A DNA stretch of 62,818 nucleotides, the filler included, from Choristocarpus tenellus KU-1152 (lineage: Eukaryota; Protista; Phaeophyceae): the NCBI GenBank assembly GCA_964200185.2. It is 8 parts of 8 records of this genome, joined end to end, with 100 filler letters (N's around TTAATTAATTAA, not from the genome) between each part and the next. Parts side by side here need not be neighbours in the genome. Positions count along the whole stretch, not along the records: positions 30,094 to 41,734 come from CAXNAD020002209.1; positions 41,835 to 49,366 come from CAXNAD020006007.1; 6 more parts are not named here. One strand, 5' to 3'. Under the pieces are notes generated by a model. That model was given only the letters and a program-made list of their open reading frames with translations. It was not told the origin of the DNA and made no database searches. The position numbers and the translations under genes are program-made. Below, one piece after another: positions 37,001 to 48,208 of the stretch. Position 1 is the first letter of the stretch; the number at the start of each line of letters is the position of its first letter.

Positions 37001-40000
37001 GCTGCCATGCGAATAACTATTGACCAATCTACAATCAAGAACTGTACGAATTGCCTAAAATTTGTTTGTACATCAGTCAACCCAAGAGCTGTGAGAGGCA
37101 AATCATATGTGCTGCATTACCTTTTCTTTTTGTGAACTTGTGGACAAAGGATTGACTCTTTTCGGAGTCTTCAAATATATTTAATGCCTGTTTGAGTCTT
37201 AGAAGGACAACACCTGGGCAATGCGTTAAGGATGATTATTTTATACGGTATGTGCTACTTGGAGCGTGATAGGAACATGGACAAGACATTTATTTTCAAT
37301 ACATCATGTTCAATACTCTGTTACCTCTGAATACCTTTTGCTAACTCATATTAATATCCTCTCTCTGGAATTTTGTGGATGAGCTGTCTAAAGTACTCAG
37401 AATATACTTGATGAACGGACAGATGTGAGCAGACGTGGATTTTATACATCTCCATTAATTTTTTTATACTAATTAATCTTTGTACTCTGTCCTTCATCAA
37501 TGAGAATTAAGAACTAAGACACGGCCGAATGCGAGTCATATTGTCTACCAATGAATCCTATGAAACTTGTCTCCACCTAATATGGAAGCACTTGATTGCT
37601 TTAACTTAGGAAGTCATAGCCTGCTGGAATAGGTCCCTGAATATTGCTGTGAAGAACGATCATTATTTTTAGCTCACCCAGATAAAATAGAATGTTAGGC
37701 TTGATATGGTACACTCTTTTCGAAATGGGGCATTATTATTCCATCTATGTTTCACTTCTTGGTTCGAGATCATTTGTGTATTTATGGTCTTCGATCAAGA
37801 GTAGTCCCAATAGACAGTTTGGTCGCATGTCCCAATTTATTGCTTGTTTTTGTGCATACAAATTAGCTACTCTGCACAAAAAATGTCAATGTATGAATAT
37901 ACACATTAACACACATTTCTTCAAAATGCTTGTACACGTTTCTGGAGATAGGATTTGCACCAATCATGAATTGACTGCATGCACCAACTGTGATAGATGA
38001 GCTGTACGACTGTGATTGGTGCTAGAAGACACACTGTATTCTTTCATCATTCTTGAATCTATAGAATTCGGATGATTTGACATTTTTCATCTCAATTGAG
38101 TTACGGCTAATGGATAACCTGATTTGTGTGTGATCCAGCATGCAGTTGCTCTTTCTTGTGGTACATGGCAATTGATGACACGCATCTTGAAACAAGGTAT
38201 AGATATTATGTTGCTTGAAACACAGGGGATACAATTCTGTTCAACAATTGGGGCAGTATAATACCCAGCACTTACGCTCATTGTTACAACCGATTGTTTT
38301 AATTGACTTGATCCTGTGTCATATTGACTCTTCATTTAATCACTGTTTTTGTTTGCGTGTATGTATGTTGGATTTTTTTGCCCCTCCATTCAGAAAATGT
38401 ACTCTGCATGTGATATCGAAGGGCACCTTGGGCATGACAAGCGTTACTACCTTCTTGACTTCGCGCGAAGCTTTCCACCAGAGAGCCCCTGTGAGGTGGG
38501 TTGAGTTGAGTCTTATTGTTAGAGGGAGCTTTTGTTGATCAGCTGGTTTTTTGTTGCTGGTTCCGTGATTGAGTACAACGTGAAGGTACCCTCAAGAAGG
38601 TTGGACACCAGGGTACCATACATTATCTGGGAGTGAAATATCGAGGTTGTGTCTGTCTATGATGCTATCACCAAGTAATGATCTATCTCATTAAGCTGTG
38701 AGACGCAGGGTGGTGGGACAAGATATGCACGAACTTTGGACTACCACTCCCAAAATGGTGGAATCATGCTCTAGATCAATAGACATACTGTACCCTTCCC
38801 AATGCACTATATCCTCCTTGCCGCCCCCTTCCGCCTTCCCTTTTTGTGAGGTTCTGTTCAGTTTGTCTTACCTCTCCATCCAAGTGATGTTTCTTCCTTA
38901 ACATTCATGAGCCGACCAACTCATTTTCGTATAGTACAAACCTCTACTTGACCTATCAATTTTCTGCTTTACGCAGTCTGGAGACTGTTAGAACTACTCC
39001 GAAGTAGTTTAGAAGAAATTTCTTGTGTACATAGTTTCAGTTTAATAACCTCTCTTACACATACCCAACCCACCCTTGTTAAACTTCTTATGCACGCAAC
39101 AACCTCTTTTCCACTAGGCCACCCACCTTTTAGAGCTCATGACTGATGGCACGCCAGTATATGTGGCTGTGGACAATGCCTCATCAACGGCTCTGTCTGA
39201 AAAAGCTTCCAACAGTACATTTCCATCCTGTCATTCAGCTGACAGATGCAGGAAGGGTCATTGCCCATGTAGAAGTAATTTCCAGGGAAAATTAGTCGAA
39301 CAACCTCACGAACAAAACCTTGCAGTTCAAGGTTCAGAGGAAAAGAGTGGCATTATGTCAGAGAATAGGGGTGAGGTCGAGGGGATGACCAATGTTGGGG
39401 TTGGTTTGAAAAATGTGGAGTCAGGGTGGGGGGGTCTGCGTTTGGGCGAGGAAGTCTTTGAACAAAGTTCCAAGATCAGGTCAGGGGCAATAACCAAGCT
39501 GGGGATATGGGAAGGGGAGCGTTTGAGTGGGGGGGCTGATTCAACTTTGTTTGGGCAAGGACTGCAGAGAGGGACTGGAAGGTGGGGTGATATGGGGGTA
39601 GCGTCAGGAGACAAGGAAGTGAACAAGAAGTGCAGGAGGATACGTGGTATTGTGGTACGGCCTCTGTTGGATCTATCTAAAGATTGCCCTCTCACAATGG
39701 GAGATGTATCGTATGAGGTGAGTTGCTTGGGATATTGAAGTGTTCTTGGAGAGTTGTAGGTGGAAATGTAGGCAAATAAAAAAATTGTGTGGTGGGATGA
39801 CAGAAGAAATGAGGTCAATGGTTGAGTTGTTGAAAGGTGATATTTAATTTAATATTTTTTCAGGTAGTGGGTGATAGGAGGAGTGGGTGTCATGAGGCTG
39901 TTGAATGCCTCCCTTAGGCATGAAAAAGAATTGAGATGATCTGGGTGAGAGGAGGGACTGGTTGAATTTCTAATGATGTGTTGTGGTGATTTAATACGAT

Positions 40001-41297
40001 GATGCACCAATGCTTTGGGCACTGGTGACACTATATTTTGCTAGTGCCATGATGACTGCAGACCTAAAGAAGAGGTGCTATTTATGGGATTTGTGCTGAG
40101 ATTGTCATCAATAAATGAGTCTTTAGTTGTGAGCTGGACTTGGGAACTACACTTTTGCCGATTCTTAGCTTCCATGTTTGCAAGTTTTGTGATCTGTGCT
40201 TCCAAATTGTGACCTACCATTGTACGTGCTTGGCATTGCCTGCAGCAATATGTAGAGCATGTGGAGAGGTTACATGTTTTCTTAGCCAAACGGTCCCCCT
40301 CCTCCTCGCCTCCAAACTCAACCTCTGAAGAACTCAGTCCCTCCCTACCGTCCTCCCCCTTGCCCTGCAGATTGAGCTGGAGGATGGTCGCCTTGTGACT
40401 CTGCCCTCCATAGATGTTACTGATCGCCGTTTATGCATCTATTGGCGAATGCTCCGTCCAGAATTTGTCAAGAACACAGGCGTTGCCGCAGTACAAGAGG
40501 TGTCACTTCTGATTTAACCTTTGTCACAAAGATATTTTGGATACAGGACGAGTTTGGATGTGTGTCCTCCAGGGGCAATTCTGGAGCAATTCCACTCCCA
40601 AACCCTTGTAAAGCTAGTAGTGGACATGGAATATAAATATGAATTCTTTATTTTTGAAACCCCTCTGTAATTTTAACCTCTATTCCTCCCCTGGCCTCTC
40701 CTTTGCCATGTTTGTGATGTCACCATACCCTGTTTCAACACGTAGTAGTGGTACCCCACCTTGCATCAGATAACCTTTTTTTCCCCTTGAACCCAATGCC
40801 GCAGCTGTATTTTGCATTCCATATGTTGGGGTTTAACACTTTGTGAATAATATGCTGACTAGTTGTTAGGTTGCTTACTCCGGGTCCCACTTCCTCCCCT
40901 TCATCAATAGCAAAGTTTTTCGTTCAGTCTGTGCATGTGCTTTTTGTCCCTGTAAAGTTCAAAATATTCAACACAGGAAATGCCTCTGTCATACAGACAC
41001 GCCAACCTAGTGTTATCACAAACACTTACTGCCTCAATATCTAAGTTTGTTCCCTTGCCTGCCTGGGTACTCTCGAGGGGGGCGTCTCTACCAATACATA
41101 TTCCTCCTTTGCTGGGTCAACTGGTGATTCAAGAGGGAGGAGCGTGCAGGGGGTGGGCTACGAGGAGAGGCAGGAGATGCGGCTTGGAATGGTAAATCAC
41201 AGTTCCCACAATTTTGGCTTTAGTGATGGCTACAGCGGCTTTTCAGATGTCATAATCGATGCAAGGGAGCATGAGGCTGTGACTCATTCTGGAACAG
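31010..41297 (+). CDS. Clu (clustered-mitochondria) domain-containing protein, partial at both ends
   Basis: Exons 31010-31152 (NWNSLFQEALELP), 32441-32521 (DFVSTAVTYGKIIISEYFLP), 33263-33381 (PTHVGGVAGGTKYIWRGILFK...EAAAK), 33981-34093 (GAGHDMRG...LIDYKGFRM), 36224-36370 (LLPVDATTLRYG...LNL), 38394-38495 (DIEGHLGHDKRYYLLDFARSFPPE), 39118-39717, 40371-~40499 (IYWRMLRPEFV), and an uncertain exon ending at 41297. The motif order matches the Clu domain. Confidence 0.88.
34607..34883. repeat. ~57-bp direct repeat pair in a Clu-gene intron
   Basis: ATGAATCGTGTGATTCTGTGGYGGCGTGGTTCCCTCARGCAAGGGTGGCGAAGAGAA near 34607 and 34828. Confidence 0.85.
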
Positions 41298-41542
41298 GTT
41301 TGTGCCTTCTGCTGATCTGACCCACATTCACATCTTCCTTATTTTGTACACTCTAAATAATACCTGAAGCAGATTATCCCATCTCACATATTTGCTGCGA
41401 TTCCATTGCATACCACAATCTGAATTCTCTGCAGTGTCCATCAGATTATATGCTGGAAAAGATGTTCCATTGCCCGCCATAGTTGTGAGCCTTTAGTACA
41501 CACCGTCAGGACTTGGCAATGTGCTTTGTTGATCTTCCTAAT

Positions 41543-41734
41543 GGCTTATAGTATCTGGGTGGGTGGGTGGCAGCTGTCCATTTGGGGTCAATTTTTTCAT
41601 GTCGTGATTTTTGGGTTGATTGGTTGCATACGTCGGATGGATAATGTAAATACAATTTTCCTGATTTTGCCCCAAATGGACATCCTGGTGTAGAACCCCC
41701 CCCTTCCTCCCCCCCCCCCCTCCCCCTCCCCCTC
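41543..41734 (-). mobile_element. MITE family B at contig end
   Basis: Homologous to 42289-42481; the contig breaks in the poly-C tract. Confidence 0.75.
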
Positions 41735-42288
41735 NNNNNNNNNNNNNNNNNNNNNNNNNNNNNNNNNNNNNNNNNNNNTTAATTAATTAANNNNNNNNNN
41801 NNNNNNNNNNNNNNNNNNNNNNNNNNNNNNNNNNTGATGAATGTTCGTGCGGCAAAGTTTTTTTGGGGGGGTGTTGTTTGTGAGGGGGCGTCCGTTTCGA
41901 TCAAACAACTCTTTTTTTTGCTGACATTTCAAATCCGACATGTGCGACCAAATCACACCAAAAAAGTGATAATAGAAAATAGGGCGAAAAACAGACGCCG
42001 ACACCCCCCCCCAAGATACTTTTGACCTCGTGTGTAACTTGATGTGTTAAGAGAGCAGGATCTGTTTAGTATTCCTTACTATACCCTCTCACATGTCTAT
42101 ATTACATCAGTACTATAAATCAAATCCCCCCCAAAAAATCGCATAGCTTTGTTTTGTCTGCAACCTTGAGAGGTTTAGTACTACCTAACAACAGCACCTC
42201 CATAGAAGTTCCAAGTCAGAAGATTAGAATAGTATCAACACACTTGAGGCACTCAGCAGGGTAAATGAGGCGTTTACAATGCATACAT

Positions 42289-42481
42289 GACACAAAGTAT
42301 CTGGGGGGAGGTGACGGCTGTCCATTTGGGGTCAATTTTTTCATGTCGCGNNNNNNNNNNTCGCGATTTTTGGGTTATTTGGTTGCATAGGCTGGATGGA
42401 TAATGTAAATGCACTTTTCCTGATTTTTCCCAAATGGACACCCTGGTGTAGGCCCCTCCCCCCCCCAGATACTTTGGGTCA
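42289..42481 (-). mobile_element. MITE family B, TSD CAT
   Basis: Reverse complement of 48029-48208 with an internal 10-N gap; CAT on both flanks. Confidence 0.8.
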
Positions 42482-44150
42482 CATATTTCACATGTGTTTT
42501 GAGATTGGCACAGCACAGCTGATACGTCAGTTAGGGGTAGGGTGGTGATTGGGCGCTGATAAAAGGCAAGAGCAAGCGCAAAAAATTAATCAACAATTAT
42601 GTTTTGTGTATCACGGCAGTAGACAGAAGTCATTCTATGTTCAGTTGGTGGTCCAGAGCATAATGAAGTGAAAAAGAGTTCCTGAGTCAGCAGGTGGTGG
42701 AAGCTAACAGCCAGCGCACATCATGCAAGTATTGCAATACATACATCACATCATTAAACAATAGTCCCCTACCGATATATTATTGATCAACTGGTATCGA
42801 TACTGCCTCTAGAGGTGGGGATGGGGTCATATATCAACCGCAAAAATCAATCCCCCCTCCCCCAGTGCCCAGCACCCCAACAAATAAACTGTGGGCTCTT
42901 CAGAGAAAAGAGAACAGCCTGGGTTTCACAAGTAAATACGGAATGACTTGCTCAGCAGGGTTGTGGACACAAAATGCCCACAAATAGGGAGAACCTAAAC
43001 ACACACACACACAAATCAATGTACACACACCAAAATCCAACTCAAATTCTGCACTGGAAGAACTAGTAATGCATACATGTTGCTGAGTAGTACACAGCCA
43101 TCACATTTTGAACACACCGAAAAAGGCAACATACTCCTTCAGCAATCTTTACAGAGCATTCCTGCACCAAACAAAGAATATCTTAGGGACTATTGTCAAC
43201 CCCAGTAGATAGTATTTTATACTAACTTGTCTTAACAAAAATACACAAAAACTACAACTCTGTAGCTGTTACAAAAATAGAAAAAAGCTGAAGTATATAT
43301 GAGTATAGCGGCTATGCAAACATATACTTCTCCTGCGTGTACCTCTATTGATAGTTGAAATATCGCCAGAATACAGTATTATGCAGCAGATAGACAGTTT
43401 GAGAATAGGATAGCCTTTCTCGCACATATTTCTTCGTGGGCCGTCCAGGCCATCACAATTTTATGTCTTCCCTTCTTCATCACCAACATGCCCAGAACCT
43501 AACCCATCATACTATCATACACTGTTTGACATAGACCTAGCATGTATGGTTCAGTCAGATGTCACTATCAAAAATTGTTTTTCAATACATTTAAATCAGT
43601 TTACTACAGGAACAAAACGATTCTTAGTATATACACGCTCATGTCCTTCCCCATAACATTTGGTGAGAGGGCTGAATAAGACAACATTCTTAGATTTTCA
43701 CAATTTAGGGCTCCAAAGGCAATAATCCTCTCCTATTCCTTGCCATCCATCAACTCCTCCAACTTCAAAATGTTGCCCACATGTCACACCTAAACCTGCC
43801 TGCCAGGAAGAGCTCGTGTTCACAAAGCTGTCACAACTCTTGCGACTGGAGATCCTGCCGGTTTCAGCCCACAATCATAGCTTTCATCCCTGTGGTGTAG
43901 TCTCCTGTCCGTACCTACGAAAAACCCAGCGGCCACCAGAACCTGACGGGTTTGGATGGAAATAAAGATTGTTCCGGTCTCGAAGCGCTGGCGGGTTGTA
44001 CAACAAACACAAGCCAATGTCGGTGAACCGCCCACCCTCTGCCCACCCTGCAGAGGCTCCTCTGATAGAACTACCCGTTGGGGTGTTTGCCTCGTCCATA
44101 CTCTGATTGTTGTTCCTAACCAGTATGGACTCTCCCAAGGGACAGCTATC

Positions 44151-44753
44151 TCACGTATCTCCTGAATAAAAGGTCGCTAAGCCAGCCAAGGAAAGCGGAC
44201 CAGCAGGGTAACGGTCACTGCTCATCAAAAACCTTGTCGTAGGGTCATAGCCAACGCAATGCTGAACCTTCGACGCCTTAGAGTCCACAGAAGTATCTGG
44301 ACGGTAGTCTTCCTGGGACATGCGTTTTGCCTCTTGTTTGGCTACCTCTTTCATCAGCTGGTGTTCTTTTATGAGCGCTTGACGGAATCTATCGTAGTCC
44401 CGAGGTTGCCAATACATTTGGAACCAAAGGTCGATGAAGTCGTATCGACACTCAATCTGAATAACTTGAGCTGTTGGGCAGAAGTACACGCGCTCTGCCC
44501 TAGAACCACATTGGACATCTGAAACGCTTTCGCCAGACTTGATCGAACGCTTCATACACGATTTGATTACCCTTGTCAGAGGCCTTACCACTGTGGAGCC
44601 GCAATTGTTGAGACAAAATATTTTCAACAAGATATTGCTGTAGTCCGACAATCCCGACCCCATCGATCTGGGAATCGATAAGGGGAGGTCACAATGTGAA
44701 TTGGCATGCTTTCGTGATGTTTGCCTCCTCCACCTCTGTTTCCTTGTCAGCAT
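44151..44753 (-). CDS. Hypothetical ~200-aa protein with KSCMKR...RVYF.P..QV.....LYW...DYDRFR motif
   Basis: 600-nt ATG-initiated open frame in otherwise stop-rich DNA. The motif resembles the RVxF...LWW...DY..F signature I recall from uncharacterised stramenopile proteins (not searched). Confidence 0.55.
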   Translation of the reverse strand: MLTRKQRWRRQTSRKHANSHCDLPLSIPRSMGSGLSDYSNILLKIFCLNNCGSTVVRPLTRVIKSCMKRSIKSGESVSDVQCGSRAERVYFCPTAQVIQIECRYDFIDLWFQMYWQPRDYDRFRQALIKEHQLMKEVAKQEAKRMSQEDYRPDTSVDSKASKVQHCVGYDPTTRFLMSSDRYPAGPLSLAGLATFYSGDT

Positions 44754-45222
44754 GATAGCACAAGTGTCTGCACCCTGTGCCAGACCTGGTCAATGCCAAC
44801 CAGGTTAGGTGGAATAATGCAATACTTGGTCAATCCATCTTTAAGTCCTAGTTTTGAAGGAATATGTAGGGGGGGTTGATTTATGTTTTCATGTGTTCAT
44901 GTTTCTTTCAATTACCCCAACAAATAGATAAATATGGAGTTCTTACGAATACAATATATACACATCTATATAAACCAAATAACATTTTTCATTGTTGAGA
45001 TGATGTCATGTACGTATGTAACAATTGGATATTGTGATGTCACAAAAAAAATGAAATGGAAACAGAAAACCTTCAACGAATAGAAGACCCTTTAAAACCA
45101 CATCTCTTCATGTAAATAGGACATTCAAAATTCGAATTTGGGTAAAGAACGTGTTGGGTGTGAGTGTATTTTGACCCGAAAATGAAAAAAAGGACCAAAT
45201 TGATGACGTGGAAATGACCAGA

Positions 45223-45737
45223 TCTCCATCGCAACGTATACATATATATTCTTCAACTATTTCATAATGTTTGTTGGGCTTGGGGTAGGGGCTGGGGTTA
45301 GAGTTACATTTGTTTATTACTAATAGTAGGATATATATGGGGTTGGATATTTATTACCATATTGTTTGGGTCCTGTTTGAATCTGTCCCCTTCACAACAC
45401 GATCCTCCCACCCAGTTCAAAAATTTGAACCACATCAAAAATATGTATTACATAATAAAACCAGTCTATATCTCCATCGCAACGTACATATATTTCTTCA
45501 ACAATTTCATGATGTTTATTGGGGTAGGGGTAGGAGTTGGGATTGGGATTAGGGTTGAGGTTAGGGTGAGGGTTACATTTTTTATATTATTAGTAATAGG
45601 ATATATATATAGGGGTTGGTTGTTACCACATTGTTTGGGTCCTGTTTGAACCTATCCTCTTCACAACACAATCCTCTACCCCGTTTGCAAATTTGAACCA
45701 CATCAAAATATGTACTACATAATAAAACCGGTCTATA
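45223..45737. repeat. Tandem duplication of a ~250-270-bp unit containing a telomere-like G/T tract
   Basis: ATCTCCATCGCAACGTA occurs at 45223 and 45470; both units end ...TACATAATAAAACCRGTCTATA. Confidence 0.85.
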
Positions 45738-46527
45738 CATAGTGTAGCATATTACTAAATAATAGGAGTAATTCCTCCTGTTGTATTTATGTTCAAATTG
45801 TATAGGTATTGTTGGTAGAATCGATTATTGGGGAATTGTAATAACAGCAGTAGTAGTTAAAATATTGTTATCAGACACCCCCCTTTTTTCCTACTACTAC
45901 CACTATGTACCTGAAGTCTATTTTTTTCCCAGACATTACTCAGAGCATGGCTGGTCTCCCACCAGAGGATGTGTAAAGATCTCTTCATTTGGTTTTATAC
46001 TGTCTATCCTTTCCCTAGCCTGTGATGCCTTCATCAACAGTAGAATTACGCTGTCATCTCTCTTTGGTTGGCGGACTTACTCCCCTTTTCCCACCTCACA
46101 ACCCTCCAGAATCCTGGGTTCCACACGGATCACCCCCTCTACTGTTTTTTCTTCTGTTGAGACTGGAGAATATTGATTGGCTACTTACTAGCGGAGCTTC
46201 CTCCTCCTCTCCCCCTTCCTCCCTCCCTGTTGCCTATGTACGGGTCTGCTCCTGTTGAAGACCTGCACTATCCCGTCTTTGTAACGAAAGGTTGGCAGCA
46301 GGTCATTATGGTTAATGCAAGTGAGTACATGATGAGGAAATATTATTGCTCAATCAACAATATTGTTCTCACAACATGTTCGTCTGACTGAGTGCATGCT
46401 ATAGTTTAGATGGATGGAATTCTGTAGTGTAGTAGGCAAAACATGATAAAGAAATGATTGCAATGTGGGTGCAAGGAACAAGCGACAATGAGGAGATGTT
46501 GCGAGAGATACTGCTACAATGTTCATT

Positions 46528-46789
46528 GAGGCAAACGAATTGAGAAGTAGGCAGGTTCAGAGTCCGTTTGCATCCTATAAACCATCTTGCTTTACCTGTG
46601 GAATACACTCTATTTCATTGCTTTATGTGCACAACAGTGTACACGAAATTGATACCCCCCCTTTCAACACACAACGTTTCACCACAATTCAGTGAAGGCT
46701 CTTTTCTGCAATAGTACAAAGTTGATTTTTTTGCCCTTTCATGGGATTTAAAAAATGCAACCCTGCCTGCCTCTCAGTTGGTTTGGCTC
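46528..46789 (+). mobile_element. MITE family C, TSD ATT
   Basis: GAGGCAAACGAATTGAGAAGTAGGCAGG ... CCTGCCTGCCTCTCAGTTGGTTTGGCTC, flanked by ATT/ATT. Confidence 0.8.
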
Positions 46790-47009
46790 ATTCTTATATA
46801 TCTATCTGTCATAGAGCCCTACATTGGTACAAACACAGCAACACAAATGGACCGCAGTCTGCAATACTTCCACGTTGGTCCTTCTTGCTGTGTTCCTCAG
46901 AGTGCGAATCCTGCAATAATTACCACCACCAATCAATGTTTTTCCATGCACCAGAAAGTTCGATTGAGGGAAGTACTTATCGTCCCTATTGCCCAACATA
47001 TGACCTTGT

Positions 47010-47235
47010 GAGTCAAAGCATTTAAGAGGGTAGGGCTTCGTTCGTTCGGGATCAAAAATCCAATGTTGCGATTTTGACTTTATTTTGGTTATCGTGTTTG
47101 TTAGGCAAGTGTCAATATCCTTGCTCCGAATACACCTTTCATAGTCATACATTTTACCTACTCCGAAATGTTTCGAAAACTGAAAACGGCAGAAAAAACC
47201 CTTGGGGTGCCAAGCTGCGAACGGACAAAAATAAT
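47010..47235 (+). mobile_element. MITE family A, older subtype, 3' truncated
   Basis: Starts GAGTCAAAGCATTTAAGAGGGTAGG; body is homologous to 10814-10936 and 11202-11228. Confidence 0.7.
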
Positions 47236-47485
47236 TTTTGCATAAACTATTGTGGACATAATGAAAGGAATAGAGTGTATTGCACAGGGTCAGGAAGATG
47301 GCTTAGAATGCTAAAGGGTCCCAACCTGCCGACCTCTTAATTGGTGTGGCTCTTACAGTTTCTTGTCCGTTTTGTGTGGGAGGAATTGAGGGCAAAATAG
47401 TGTTCTTCATTGACAGGAGGAGGGTTTCCTGTAAGTCTTACACTGTCACTGGCGCTAGTGCTATGAGCTAGAGTGATTTCACTGG

Positions 47486-47741
47486 GAGTCAAACCAATTG
47501 AGAGGTAGGCAGGTTTGGACCATTTTGCGCTCTAGGCAATATTTCCTACCCTGTGCAGTACACTGTACTCCATTGCTTGTGTACGCAATAGCGTACAAAT
47601 AATTATATTTTTCTTTCCACACAAGAAGTGACACCGCAATTAAGCAAAGACTCTTTCTGCAATTGTACAAAATGGCATATTTTAATCCTTTCTCGGGATC
47701 CTCAAAATGCAATCCTGCCTACGTCTCAATTGGTTTGGCTC
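47486..47741 (+). mobile_element. MITE family C
   Basis: GAGTCAAACCAATTGAGAGGTAGGCAGG ... CCTGCCTACGTCTCAATTGGTTTGGCTC; flanks TGG/TAG. Confidence 0.8.
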
Positions 47742-48028
47742 TAGGAACAAATGAGAGGAAAACATAGTGGTAAACATTGCCGGGTTGCTAATATACCTTA
47801 GTCGCGGATAGTTTTCTTGACTCAGACCAGGCTATGTATCCCCCAGATATACTGCTGTCCTGCCTAGCACAGAGCAACAACCCTAATGAAGAGATTGTAC
47901 AACTCTTCGCCATCATGAGATTCAGGGCACGCCAAATTATTAATGGTTGAAATGGATTTCCGTGTCTAGAAAGCGTGCGCAAGAAAAAGAATCAGAGCCA
48001 CTCCAAAAGCAAGATGAAGTAGACAATA

Positions 48029-48208
48029 GGACCCAAAGTATCTGGGGGGGGTGGGGGGTCTACACCAGGGTGTCCATTTGGACCAAAATCAGGAAAGGTG
48101 CGCTTACATTATCCATCCGACGTATGCAACCAGATCACCCAAAAATTGCGACATGGACAAAATGGGCCCCAAATAGACACTCGCCACCCCCCCCAGATAC
48201 TTTGAGCC
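48029..48208 (+). mobile_element. MITE family B (TIR CAAAGTATCTGGGGGGG), TSD ATA
   Basis: GGACCCAAAGTATCTGGGGGGG ... CCCCCCCAGATACTTTGAGCC, flanked by ATA/ATA. Confidence 0.85.

Noticed and set aside
39327-39818. 163-aa minus-strand ORF
   Set aside because: Antisense shadow of the Clu-gene exon 39118-39717.
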